Of a stretch of 34,045 nucleotides of DNA, positions 17,430 to 26,458 are shown in pieces (position 1 is the stretch's first letter; each line of letters starts with the position of its first letter). This DNA is from Gemmatimonadota bacterium (GTDB lineage Bacteria > Gemmatimonadota > Gemmatimonadetes > Longimicrobiales > Gaopeijiaceae). The stretch lies in the NCBI GenBank assembly GCA_039589315.1, contig JBDHHQ010000044.1, positions 1-34,045 of the forward strand, given 5' to 3'. Both the position numbers and the translations under genes were made by a program. Under the pieces are notes generated by a model. That model saw only the letters and a program-made list of their open reading frames with translations. It was not told the DNA's origin and did not search any database.

Positions 17430-19049
17430 ATGCGAGCCCTGCCGATCAGCACGCTACGAATCGTCGGCTGCGCTGCCCTTCTGCCGGTACTGGCCCTCTC
17501 GGCCTGCTCGGCTCCGACCACGGATCCCCTGGACCTGTTGATCCTGGGGGCCACCGTCGTGGACGGTTCGGGTCAGGAACCGTTCGTCGCCGATGTCGGT
17601 GTGGACGGTGAACGCATCGCCTTCGTGGGGTCCTCCGACGAAGGAGTCCAGGCCACGGACACGATCGACGCCACCGGCCTCCACCTCACGCCGGGCTTCG
17701 TGGACATGCACAGTCACGCGGAGCTGGACGAGACCTGGGGGCGCGACGGACTGCCCTTCCTGTACCAGGGCATCACGACCGCGGTGCTCGGGGTCGATGG
17801 CGGAGGCTCCCCCGACGTAGCTCAAGCGCTCGCGGCGTTCTCGCGGGACGGGATCGGACTCAACGCCCTGCTGTACGTGGGTCACGGCCAGATCCGCCAG
17901 ACGGTGCTGGGGCGGGAGAATCGCGCGCCCACCGAGGCGGAGCTGGACAGCATGGGGGCGCTCGTACGCAAGGGCATGGAGGAGGGCGCGCTGGGGCTTT
18001 CCACCGGTCTCTTCTACACCCCGTCGCGCTACGCGTCCACCGAGGAAGTCATCGCGCTCAACCGGGTGGCCGCTGAGTTCGGTGGCATCTATGACACACA
18101 CGACCGGGATCTGGGCGCGGCGTACCAGGGGGTTGGATACCTCAGCTCCATCCGCGAAGCGATCCGCATCGGCGAGGAGGCCGGTACGCCGGTCATCTTC
18201 AGCCACTTCAACGCTCAGGGGGCCCACAACTACGGCCGGGCTCCGGAAGGCGCCGCGCTGGTGGAGGAGGCGCGAGATCGGGGTGTCGAAGTCTGGGCGG
18301 CCCAACACGTGTACACCGCCACCCAATCCAACCTCCGTTCGTACGCCATCCCCGACTGGGCGGCAGCGGGGGAGCATGACGAGATGCTCCGGAGATTCGA
18401 CCACCCCGACACGGCCCGGGTCCTCGACGTCCAGACCATGGAGATGCTGGGAATTCGCGGCGGCGCCGAGAAGATCCTGTTCGGAGATCCCCGGCCCGAG
18501 CTGAACGGTCGTACCTTGGCCGAGGTCGCCGGAGAATGGGGTCTACCGGTGCCCGAGTCCGTTCGCCGGATCCTGCGTGACGGCAACGCGGTCGTGATGA
18601 ACCTGGACCTCTACGACACCCAGAACACCCGGTTCCTGGCCCAGCAGCCATGGATGATGACGTGCACGGACGGCCGGACGCCGCGGCCGGATCAGGAGAT
18701 CGCCCATCCCCGACCCTACGGCGCGTTCACCCGCAAGCTCCGCCTGTTCGTCCTGGACGAGAACGTCATCGACTTGCCTTTCGCGATTCGCAGCATGACC
18801 GGCCTGGCCGCCGACTTCCTCCACGTCCCGGATCGGGGCTACGTGCGGGAGGGGATGTATGCCGACCTCGCCGTCTTCGACCTGGAGCGACTCCGCGACA
18901 TGGCCACCTTCGACGAGCCCAAGCTGTACGCCGAAGGCACCGTCCACGTGCTCGTGAACGGCCGCTTCGCGCTCCGGGACGGAGAGGCGACGGGGTCCCT
19001 GGCGGGCCGCCCACTCGTCAGGGGCGGACAGCAGATCACGGGCCTCTGA
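17430..19049 (+). CDS. N-acyl-D-amino-acid deacylase family amidohydrolase, lipoprotein
   Basis: LSAC lipobox, TPGFVDMHSH, QGITT, GLSTGLFY, FSH, CTDG, HPRPYG, RSMTGLAA, ADLAVFD, VLVNG. ATG 17430 follows GAGGTGG; alternative start 17412. Confidence 0.92.
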   Translation: MRALPISTLRIVGCAALLPVLALSACSAPTTDPLDLLILGATVVDGSGQEPFVADVGVDGERIAFVGSSDEGVQATDTIDATGLHLTPGFVDMHSHAELDETWGRDGLPFLYQGITTAVLGVDGGGSPDVAQALAAFSRDGIGLNALLYVGHGQIRQTVLGRENRAPTEAELDSMGALVRKGMEEGALGLSTGLFYTPSRYASTEEVIALNRVAAEFGGIYDTHDRDLGAAYQGVGYLSSIREAIRIGEEAGTPVIFSHFNAQGAHNYGRAPEGAALVEEARDRGVEVWAAQHVYTATQSNLRSYAIPDWAAAGEHDEMLRRFDHPDTARVLDVQTMEMLGIRGGAEKILFGDPRPELNGRTLAEVAGEWGLPVPESVRRILRDGNAVVMNLDLYDTQNTRFLAQQPWMMTCTDGRTPRPDQEIAHPRPYGAFTRKLRLFVLDENVIDLPFAIRSMTGLAADFLHVPDRGYVREGMYADLAVFDLERLRDMATFDEPKLYAEGTVHVLVNGRFALRDGEATGSLAGRPLVRGGQQITGL

Positions 19050-19173
19050 CGTCCGGCCCGCGCGCTCTGGCGCCCGTCGGCCGCGCGCTCCGTCACGCCC
19101 CACCGGTCGGGAACGCCACCTCACGGCGCCGTGGGACACACCTCCAGTCACCTGCCGGTCCGTGTCCCCCGTG

Positions 19174-19348
19174 CCGTTCCTGCTACGCACGGCCGGGAGA
19201 CGTCTTCGTGCGGGAGCCGTTCGTGCTGACGCTCGAGGGGCAGTACATCATCAAGAACGTCGTGCTCGTGAGCGCCGCCGTGGTGGGGTGGGGCATGGCC
19301 CGTCAGCGCGCCCTTTCGCCCCTGACGAGCGAGAGGCGCCGCACGTAG
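19174..19348 (+). pseudogene. C-terminal remnant of a DoxX/DUF417-like membrane protein
   Basis: Frame ending at TAG 19348 reads PGDVFVREPFVLTLEGQYIIKNVVLVSAAVVGWG, the conserved LTLEGQYIIKNLVL tail of this family. PFLL sits just upstream in another frame. No N-terminal helices or start are present. Confidence 0.6.
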
Positions 19349-19374
19349 GCCGAGAGGCGGTCTGTGCCGTGGGG

Positions 19375-19764
19375 CTACCCCAGCACCTCGTCAAGCAGGA
19401 ACAGATCCGTCAACAGCGCCCGGATGTGGATCGTGGCGTTCAGGTTGTCGATCAGTTGAGAGCTGACGCTCTCCTGACCGGACACGAGACGGATGGCGGC
19501 CCGGGATCTTCGGGCGTCCTCCTCCAGGGTGGCGATCACCGCCTGATACTCCACAGCGGGCTCCAACCCCTCCGCTCCTACGTGAGCACGGAATCCGGCG
19601 GCCAGGCCGTCGAGGGCCCGGTCCATCCTGTCCAGGAACTCCCGGAGCTGTCCCCCCGACCTGGAGGCCTGGTCGGAGGCCAAGCCCTGTGCGGCGTAGG
19701 CCAGGAAGAACTCGTAGCTCTCCTCGATGGCCTCGATGCGGGCCTTCAGCTCGTCCCGGGTCAA
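19375..19764 (-). CDS. Hypothetical helical protein, last gene of the molybdoenzyme operon
   Basis: IEAIEESYEFFLAYAAQG...SSQLIDNLNATIHIRALLTDLFLLDEVL. TTG 19764 lies 1 nt past the upstream stop; the ORF track starts at 19821. Confidence 0.8.
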   Translation of the reverse strand: MTRDELKARIEAIEESYEFFLAYAAQGLASDQASRSGGQLREFLDRMDRALDGLAAGFRAHVGAEGLEPAVEYQAVIATLEEDARRSRAAIRLVSGQESVSSQLIDNLNATIHIRALLTDLFLLDEVLG

Positions 19765-19765
19765 G

Positions 19766-20656
19766 TCAGACCGTGGTGTGATCGGTGGGTGTGACGCCTG
19801 CGGGAGCTCCGGAACCGCCACCTGCAGTCGGGACCTCCGTGCCCGCGTCCGCTACCTTCCACTTCTCGGGATCGAAGTGGCTCAAGAACTCGGTGCGCGT
19901 GATCCACCCTTTGATCATGGACCGGGTCAACCACAACTTCTCGGGCCGGACGGCGAAGTACACATGCGCCATGATCATGGTGATCAGGGCGACGCCGCAG
20001 AGCCCATGGAGCACGTAGACGACCCCCCAGGTCCCGTCGCCCAGCAGGTAGGGATTCTGGGGCCAGAAGGGAGTGTCGATGCGCACCATCATGAGGAGCC
20101 CGGTGACGATGACGCCCAAGCCCACGGCGACCGTGGCGTGATGATACATCTTGTGGTCGATGGGATACTTCCCGGCCCGCTCGCCGCCGTCCTCCGACCC
20201 GGAGAGGACGTCCTTGAGTTGGGCGAAGGCCTCGGCCACGTCCTTTCGTCCGATCCACATGGACCAGAAGTCCCGGCGAATCGAAGAGTCGAAAACGTGC
20301 CAGGCCACGAGCAGGGTCAGCGCAACGCCGGCGACCCAGTGGATGGTCACCCAGGGGAACTGGATGCCGGCGACGGGGAAGAAGGCGGTGATGAGCAGGG
20401 CGAACATGGCCACGCTCATCAACCAGTGAAACGCCCGCGCGGAGCCGCCATGCCGCGTCACCCGCTCGGGGATCCCCGACGCCGCGCCCGGATCCGATGG
20501 GGCTGCCGGGATTTCGCCGCGCGTCGATCTCACCCAGATGGCGTGCCCGATCGTGAACAGCGCTCCCAGAATGAGCGCCAGCCACATCAGGTCCCAGCCG
20601 ATTCCGATCCACACCTCCTGACCCCACGGATTGGCCGCCCGGCGCAGAATCTCCAT
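19766..20656 (-). CDS. Cytochrome b/b6-domain membrane protein (formate dehydrogenase gamma / Ni-hydrogenase cytochrome b-like)
   Basis: About five TM helices. His in RAFHW, TIHW, YVLHG, MAHVYF; AGKYPIDHKMYH; TRSMIKGWI. Confidence 0.9.
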   Translation of the reverse strand: MEILRRAANPWGQEVWIGIGWDLMWLALILGALFTIGHAIWVRSTRGEIPAAPSDPGAASGIPERVTRHGGSARAFHWLMSVAMFALLITAFFPVAGIQFPWVTIHWVAGVALTLLVAWHVFDSSIRRDFWSMWIGRKDVAEAFAQLKDVLSGSEDGGERAGKYPIDHKMYHHATVAVGLGVIVTGLLMMVRIDTPFWPQNPYLLGDGTWGVVYVLHGLCGVALITMIMAHVYFAVRPEKLWLTRSMIKGWITRTEFLSHFDPEKWKVADAGTEVPTAGGGSGAPAGVTPTDHTTV

Positions 20657-20657
20657 G

Positions 20658-21659
20658 TCAGGCCGTCTCCCTCAGGGCTCGACGGACCAGGTTCCTCATC
20701 AGCGGCACCTTGTAGTCGTTGTGGCGGAGGGGGCGAGCCCGCTGGATCGCCATGATGCCGGCGTTCGCAGCCACCTCCTCCGATTGCCGCTGACCCACGA
20801 CTGCCTGTTCCACCATGTCCAACCGCATCGGATAGGGAGCGACGCCGTTCACAGCCAGACGCACGTCCCGGATCGTGCCGCCCTCCACCTTCAGGGCAGA
20901 CGCGACGCTCACCAGGGCGAAGTCCCAGGCCACCCGATCTCTCACCTTCTCGAAGTAGAAGGTGGCGTTCGCCCAATCCGCAGGGATGCGGACGCTGGTG
21001 AGCAGATCGCCGGGCTCCAGGACGGTCATCCGGGTGATGTCGATCGCCGGTCCGATGAAGAAGTCGTCGGCGTCGACCACGCGCTCTCCGCCGCGGCTCC
21101 GGATGACCATCTTCGCATCGAGAGCCACGACAGCCGGGGCCGTGTCGGCCGGGTTCACGGCGACGCACCGGCTCGCGCCCAACACGCAGTGCTCCCGGTT
21201 CATGGCCTGCGGTGCGGCGGCGTAGCACGTGTTGCCGCCGGCCCGATAGCAGGGCCACCCGCTACGGTAGTACCAGCACCGCGTGTCCTGACACAGGTTG
21301 CCGCCCAGGGTGCCCTGGTTGCGGATCTGTGGCGTAGCGACCAGGCCCGCTGCGTCTGCCAGGAGGCCGAACCGCTCCCGGATCGCCGGGTGGGCGGCTA
21401 CGTCCGCCAGCGACGTCATGGCGCCGATCTCCAAACCGCCGTCATCGGTCTCCCGGATTCCCGTGAGCTCCCCGATGGCGCCCAGCTCGATGACGGCCTT
21501 GGGCCGCTTGATCCGGTCCTTGAACCAGTCGAAGCTGTCGAGGCCGCCGGCCAAGACCCACGCGTCGCTGCCGTGGCGGTCCAGCAGCTCCACCGCGTCG
21601 TCGATGTCGGCAGGCTGGAAGAGCTCGAACCCCGGGATCATGTCACGCATCATGGCCAT
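20658..21659 (-). CDS. Xanthine dehydrogenase family FAD-binding subunit with 4Fe-4S insertion (PaoB/YagS, HcrB type)
   Basis: LAGG, IGAMTSL, VATPQIRNQGTLGGNLCQDTRCWYYR...C...C...C, FEKVRDRVAWDFALVS, NDYKVPL. Confidence 0.94.
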   Translation of the reverse strand: MAMMRDMIPGFELFQPADIDDAVELLDRHGSDAWVLAGGLDSFDWFKDRIKRPKAVIELGAIGELTGIRETDDGGLEIGAMTSLADVAAHPAIRERFGLLADAAGLVATPQIRNQGTLGGNLCQDTRCWYYRSGWPCYRAGGNTCYAAAPQAMNREHCVLGASRCVAVNPADTAPAVVALDAKMVIRSRGGERVVDADDFFIGPAIDITRMTVLEPGDLLTSVRIPADWANATFYFEKVRDRVAWDFALVSVASALKVEGGTIRDVRLAVNGVAPYPMRLDMVEQAVVGQRQSEEVAANAGIMAIQRARPLRHNDYKVPLMRNLVRRALRETA

Positions 21660-21671
21660 TGGCTCGATCTC

Positions 21672-24080
21672 CTATACGTGCGTTTCGAGGGGACGGTAGG
21701 GCTTCTCGGTCCCTTCGATGGCGGCGAGAATGACGTCGGTGGTGAGCGGGGTTCGGCACAGACACTCGCCGCCGAGCGCGTCGGCGACCGCAGAGGTGAT
21801 GGCCGCGGATCCGGCGCCCACGGGAGGCTCGCCGATGCCCCGGGCCCCGACCGGTGTCTGCGGGTCGGGAATGTCCAACGCTCCCCATCGGGGGCTCAGC
21901 GGAACGTCGAGGATTCCCGGTGGACGAGCGGTGTAGAACCGCTTGGCGAACGGCACGCCCCACTTCGGGTCGTAGACCCACTTCTGGCTGCGGGCGATAC
22001 CGAACCCCTGAATGCAGCCACCGTGGATCTGGGCAGCCAGGCTCCTGGGGTGCACGACGGTGCCACAGTCGGCGACGCCGGTGAACTCCATGATCTCGAG
22101 GGCGCCCGTCTCCGTGTCGATCGCCACCTCCGCCATACCGACCACCCACGACCACGTGGAGCCGTCGTGGGGATAGGTGTCCTTGGCGGCAGAGACGAGC
22201 CCGGTGCCGGCCAGCGCCGTGGCCGACGCCCGTGTCATGGCGTGGAGGTCCTCGTCCAGCTCGTGGCCGTCGTAGGCGCCACCGAGCTCGATGGCTCGCT
22301 CGGCCGCCCGCGCCAGGGTCATGCCCCGGCCCGGATTGGACCGCTGGAAGATCCGTCCGTCGCCCACTTCGTAGGCGTTGGGTGAGCCCCCCAGGTCCCG
22401 GGCGGCGATCTCCTGGAGCTTTCGCTTCGCCTGCGTGGCCGCGGCGTGGTTGGCCCGGGTGTGAGCGTGGATGGTCTGGCTGCCGGCCTGGACCGACGAC
22501 CACGGCTGATGGCGGGCAGAATCCCCCCAGACCACGACCACGTCCTCCCACGCGAGGTCGAGCAGGTCGGACGCCGCGCGGGCCGTGTCGGCGATGGAGT
22601 GGGTGCCGAGGTTCCCGATGCCCTGATGCACGTAGAGCTTGCCGTCCGGGCGGATGACGAGCAATCCGTCGAATCCCGTCGATCCCCCGACAAACGGGCT
22701 CAGGCCCACGCCGATGCCGGTCACCCTGGTGCCGTTCGTTTGGCCGCTGCGGGCGATTCTCTCCTCCCACCCGAAGATCTCCGCTGCCTTGTCCAGGGCC
22801 TCCTTCGGGTAGGCGCTCGTGAGGGATCCCTTGTTGGGCCCGACCCAGCCGTCGCTGGCCGGAGCGTTGAGGCGCCGGATGGCGACCCGATCCATGCCGA
22901 GCTCACGAGCGGCCTTGTCCACGAGAGGCTCGAGCATGCCGATGATCTGGGCACCGCCCGGGGCCCGCTGGGCCGACCTGGGCGGCGTGTTGGTGAACAC
23001 CGACACGCCCCGGAAGCGCATGTGCTCCGGTTGGTACGTGAGGGAGGCGACCGTCGCCGCCGTGAAGGCGTCGCCGGAGCGTCCGTACGGGCCCTGGTCC
23101 TGCACGATGTACAGGTCGAGGCCGGTCATGCGGCCGTCGCTCCGGAAGCCCATCTTGGCCCAGGCCTGGAAGCCCGGTCGCGCCCGGCCGATGTAGTTCT
23201 CTTCGTAGCGCGTGACCCGGAGCATGACCGGTCGGCCCACCTTCTGCGACAGCAGGGCCGTCATGGCCATGGTGGGGTGAGCAGTGATCTTGCTGCCGAA
23301 GCCGCCGCCGCAGAATTCGGCCACGACGACCAGGTCCTCCATGTCCATGTCCAGCATACCCGCCAACGACGCCCGGCAGCGAGCGGCGCTCTGCGTGGAG
23401 ACGTGGACGTGGAGCTTCCCGTTCTGCCAATAGGCCATGCAGCTGCGGGGCTCCATGGGATGGTGCGTGAGGGACTGGTGGATCAGGGTTTCCTCGACGA
23501 TGACGTCCGCCTGCTCGAGCCCGGCCGCCACGTCTCCGATGCTCCAGTCGAAGGCCGGCTCACCCATGGGCAAGCGTCCTTCGGGGGCACCGTCGAAGTC
23601 GGCTGCGGCCCACTTGTGGGTCCGCATCTCCCGCACGTCGTCGTCGATGTGGTAGATGTTGCCCTCGAGGCGGGCGTCCGGCCCGTCGGGCCGCAGGCTG
23701 AGGAGCGGGTCCAGCGCGAAGGGCAACGGCTCCAGGTCGACCACGATGCGCTCGACCGCTTCGGCCGCCGTGGCCTCGTCGACGGCGGCGACCGCCAGGA
23801 TGGGCTCGCCCTCGTAGACGGGCTCCATGGTGAGGATGGGCTCGCTGGGGGTGCTGACCTCGGGCACGTCCTCGGCGGTCAGGACCCCGAGGACGCCTTC
23901 CATGCGCAGCGCCTCGCTGGCGTCGATCCGGCGCACCCGGGCGTGGGGCATGGGGCTCAGGAGCATCTTCGCGAAGACCATGCCCTCTGCGCGGAAATCC
24001 TCGGCGTACCTGGCGCGTCCCGTGATCTTGGCCACCAGGTCCGGAGGGACGATGTCCCGCCCGATCGTCTTTTCGGCCAT
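21672..24080 (-). CDS. Xanthine dehydrogenase family molybdopterin-binding subunit
   Basis: KITGRARYAED, LSPMPHAR, HHPMEP, GGGFGSK, AQRAPG, QIHGG, GARGIGEP (catalytic Glu). Confidence 0.95.
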   Translation of the reverse strand: MAEKTIGRDIVPPDLVAKITGRARYAEDFRAEGMVFAKMLLSPMPHARVRRIDASEALRMEGVLGVLTAEDVPEVSTPSEPILTMEPVYEGEPILAVAAVDEATAAEAVERIVVDLEPLPFALDPLLSLRPDGPDARLEGNIYHIDDDVREMRTHKWAAADFDGAPEGRLPMGEPAFDWSIGDVAAGLEQADVIVEETLIHQSLTHHPMEPRSCMAYWQNGKLHVHVSTQSAARCRASLAGMLDMDMEDLVVVAEFCGGGFGSKITAHPTMAMTALLSQKVGRPVMLRVTRYEENYIGRARPGFQAWAKMGFRSDGRMTGLDLYIVQDQGPYGRSGDAFTAATVASLTYQPEHMRFRGVSVFTNTPPRSAQRAPGGAQIIGMLEPLVDKAARELGMDRVAIRRLNAPASDGWVGPNKGSLTSAYPKEALDKAAEIFGWEERIARSGQTNGTRVTGIGVGLSPFVGGSTGFDGLLVIRPDGKLYVHQGIGNLGTHSIADTARAASDLLDLAWEDVVVVWGDSARHQPWSSVQAGSQTIHAHTRANHAAATQAKRKLQEIAARDLGGSPNAYEVGDGRIFQRSNPGRGMTLARAAERAIELGGAYDGHELDEDLHAMTRASATALAGTGLVSAAKDTYPHDGSTWSWVVGMAEVAIDTETGALEIMEFTGVADCGTVVHPRSLAAQIHGGCIQGFGIARSQKWVYDPKWGVPFAKRFYTARPPGILDVPLSPRWGALDIPDPQTPVGARGIGEPPVGAGSAAITSAVADALGGECLCRTPLTTDVILAAIEGTEKPYRPLETHV

Positions 24081-24094
24081 CGTTCAGCCCCCCG

Positions 24095-24733
24095 TCACGC
24101 CGTCGTGCGGCTGAGCTCGGCCGCACGCATCGCGCAGTTCAGGATCTTGTTGTAGTCACCGCACCGGCAGAGGTTGCCCGACAGCGCGTGGGCCGCCTCT
24201 TCCCGCGTGGGGTCCGGGTTCGTGGCCACCATGGCAGCCATGCTCATCACGAAGCCCGGGGCGCAGAAGGCGCACTGGAAGCCCCCTTCGTCTACCACCG
24301 CCTGTTGCACCGGATGCAGGGTGCCGTCCGCGGCGGCCAGTCCCTCGATGGTGGTGATCTGCCGGCCGCGCACCTGATGCGTGAGCATCGAGCACGAGTA
24401 GTGGTTCACGCCGTCGATCAGCACCGTGCACGCGCCGCACTCCGCCCGGTCACACCCCAGCTTCGTGCCGGTGAGGCCGAGCTTGTAGCGGAGCGTCATG
24501 GCCAACGTCTCGTGGGGCAGGACGTCGACGCGCCGCTGTTGCCCGTTGACGCTGAGCGTGATCAGCCGCTCGACCGAGCCCTGGGCCGTGGGTCGCGCGG
24601 AGAGTAGCCCGGGCCCCCGGAAGAGGTATCCGGACGCCGAGACGGCCGCGCCGGCCGCGATGACGCCCTTGATGAACGTTCTCCTGGAGTAGGTCTTGGG
24701 GCCTGCGTCCAGGATGATCTCCACGTCATCCAT
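24095..24733 (-). CDS. Xanthine dehydrogenase family 2Fe-2S subunit with Tat signal (PaoA/YagT-like)
   Basis: SRRTFIK twin-arginine motif plus hydrophobic stretch. GTKLGCDRAECGACTV, FQCAFCAPG, GNLCRCG. ATG 24733 follows GAGGA; alternative start 24763. Confidence 0.95.
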   Translation of the reverse strand: MDDVEIILDAGPKTYSRRTFIKGVIAAGAAVSASGYLFRGPGLLSARPTAQGSVERLITLSVNGQQRRVDVLPHETLAMTLRYKLGLTGTKLGCDRAECGACTVLIDGVNHYSCSMLTHQVRGRQITTIEGLAAADGTLHPVQQAVVDEGGFQCAFCAPGFVMSMAAMVATNPDPTREEAAHALSGNLCRCGDYNKILNCAMRAAELSRTTA

Positions 24734-24843
24734 CGAGCCGAATCCTCGTCTGCAGGTGGCCATCGCCCTGGGGTGGGACGCGTCCGGCGTCGATTCCCTC
24801 CCGGGTCGCCATCCGCCCCATCCGCTCAGATCGGAATCTCTCC

Positions 24844-24872
24844 AAGATAGGGGGCGTGTCCGGCGTGTGCGA
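24844..24872 (-). promoter_or_regulatory. Possible sigma70-type promoter of the molybdoenzyme operon
   Basis: On the minus strand: TCGCAC, 17-nt spacer, TATCTT, about 110 nt upstream of the ATG. Confidence 0.3.
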
Positions 24873-24908
24873 GAATCAACATGCCGGGGGACGCGCAGGT
24901 GGTCTCCT

Positions 24909-26450
24909 TCAGGGATTCCGCTCTTCCATTCCCGCCATCAGGGCCTGGAAACGCGGGTCGTCGCGCAGCGGGTCCATGTCCGGGTCCCGGGCAAGCCAGC
25001 GTGGGTTTCCGAACCCCCGTCGAATCGCCGCGGCAAGGTGGTTCAGGGCCTGGTCCGGTCGTCCCTCGACTGCGTACAGGCATGCCGCGTTGTACCGGAT
25101 GCCCGCGTCCTCGGGGTCGATCTCGAGGGCTCGCTCCGCCCAGTGGAGTCCCTCTTCCTTCTCACCGATCCGGCAAAGGGACACGGCCCGCATGGTGGCT
25201 GCCCGGGGATCGTCGGGGTTCAGCTCCATGTGCTGCTCGGCGACCTTCAGGGCGGTGTCGTAGGCCTCCTGGGCCGCTTGCGGATCGTTCATGGCCTCGT
25301 ACGACTGGGCGGCGAAGAAGGCGGAGTTGTAGTCCTCGCGGATGCTATACGCTTCCTCGAAGAGGTCGGCCGCTTTCCTGAACTCTCCCGCCTGGAAGCA
25401 GATCCGTGCGTAGAAGTAATGAGCCTCATAAAGCCTGGGATCCAAGTCGAGGGCCGTCTCCAGCGCTGCCCGCGCCGCGTCGTCCTGACCCATGAGCGAC
25501 AACGCCGTGCCGCGCGCCGAGTGGGCTTCGGCCAGCTCGGGGTCGAGCTCCAGCGCCCTCTGGCTGGCTCGGTCCGCTGCGTCCAGCTCGGCCTGGCTCT
25601 CCGGGTAGAAGATGCAGAGAATCGAGTGGGCATCCGCCAGGCCGGCGTAGGCCATGGCATACTCCGGATCGATCTCGATGGCCCTTTCGAACATCTCCCG
25701 GGCGTACTCGAGGCTCTTCCTCCGAATCCCATAGAGGAACTGGCGCCCCCTGAGGTAGAACTCGTAGGCGCGTACGTCCGACGTGGGAACCTTGGCCAGG
25801 GCGCGCCGCTCGCTGGCGGCCAGGATGAGCTCCAGGGCGTGTGCCACGTTGGCCGCGATCTCGTCCTGGATCCGGAACACGTCTTCCATGTCCCGATCGA
25901 AGTGATCGGACCACAGGGAATAGCCGTTCCCGACGTCGACCAGCTGAGTCGTGACCCGAAGGCGGTTCCCGGATCGCTGAACGCTTCCCTCCAGGACCGC
26001 ACCCACGCCCAGTTGGTGGCCGATCTCTCGCACGTCCTCCGCAGCGCCCCTGTGCGCGAACGCGGACGTGCGGGAGGCCACGCTCAAGCCCTGTACTTTG
26101 GTCAGGGCGCTGGTGATCTCGTCGGCGAGGCCGTCGGCCAGGTATGCGTTCTCGGGGTCGTCGCTCAGGTTCTCGAACGGCAGGACGGCCACCGACTTAC
26201 CGCTCTGCTCCGGGTCCTTGTGAGGCCCGTGCTGGGGGCCCGGAGCCCCGAACCTCCACGCAAGCGCCAGCACGACGGGGAAGGCGGCCAGCCAGAGAGC
26301 CACGATCAGATCCGGTAGTCCGGCCGGGCCGATGGCGCGCTCTTCGGCCCATGACGTGAACTCCAAGAGCCCCCAGCCGCCCGCCAGATAGATCCCCCCG
26401 ATCTGCGGGACGCGCCGATAGAGAAGCTCGCGAACCAGGCCTCTGGGCAT
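24909..26450 (-). CDS. Membrane-anchored TolB-like domain + TPR protein
   Basis: N-terminal TM pair (ELLYRRVPQIGGIYL...W...LAWRF), then SVAVLPFENLS...YLADGLADEI...SRTSAF...LEGSVQRSGNRLRVTTQL...WS...F.IQDEIA, then multiple TPRs. Confidence 0.9.
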   Translation of the reverse strand: MPRGLVRELLYRRVPQIGGIYLAGGWGLLEFTSWAEERAIGPAGLPDLIVALWLAAFPVVLALAWRFGAPGPQHGPHKDPEQSGKSVAVLPFENLSDDPENAYLADGLADEITSALTKVQGLSVASRTSAFAHRGAAEDVREIGHQLGVGAVLEGSVQRSGNRLRVTTQLVDVGNGYSLWSDHFDRDMEDVFRIQDEIAANVAHALELILAASERRALAKVPTSDVRAYEFYLRGRQFLYGIRRKSLEYAREMFERAIEIDPEYAMAYAGLADAHSILCIFYPESQAELDAADRASQRALELDPELAEAHSARGTALSLMGQDDAARAALETALDLDPRLYEAHYFYARICFQAGEFRKAADLFEEAYSIREDYNSAFFAAQSYEAMNDPQAAQEAYDTALKVAEQHMELNPDDPRAATMRAVSLCRIGEKEEGLHWAERALEIDPEDAGIRYNAACLYAVEGRPDQALNHLAAAIRRGFGNPRWLARDPDMDPLRDDPRFQALMAGMEERNP

Positions 26451-26458
26451 GGACTCTC

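Noticed and set aside
24734..24908. Possible Moco RNA motif upstream of the molybdoenzyme operon
   Set aside because: Only a short GCCCCCTATCTTGGAGAG likeness, without the GNRA-capped stems. Better explained as a -10 region.
20631..26318. Long + strand ORFs of 540-584 aa
   Set aside because: Antisense shadows of the molybdoenzyme and TPR genes.
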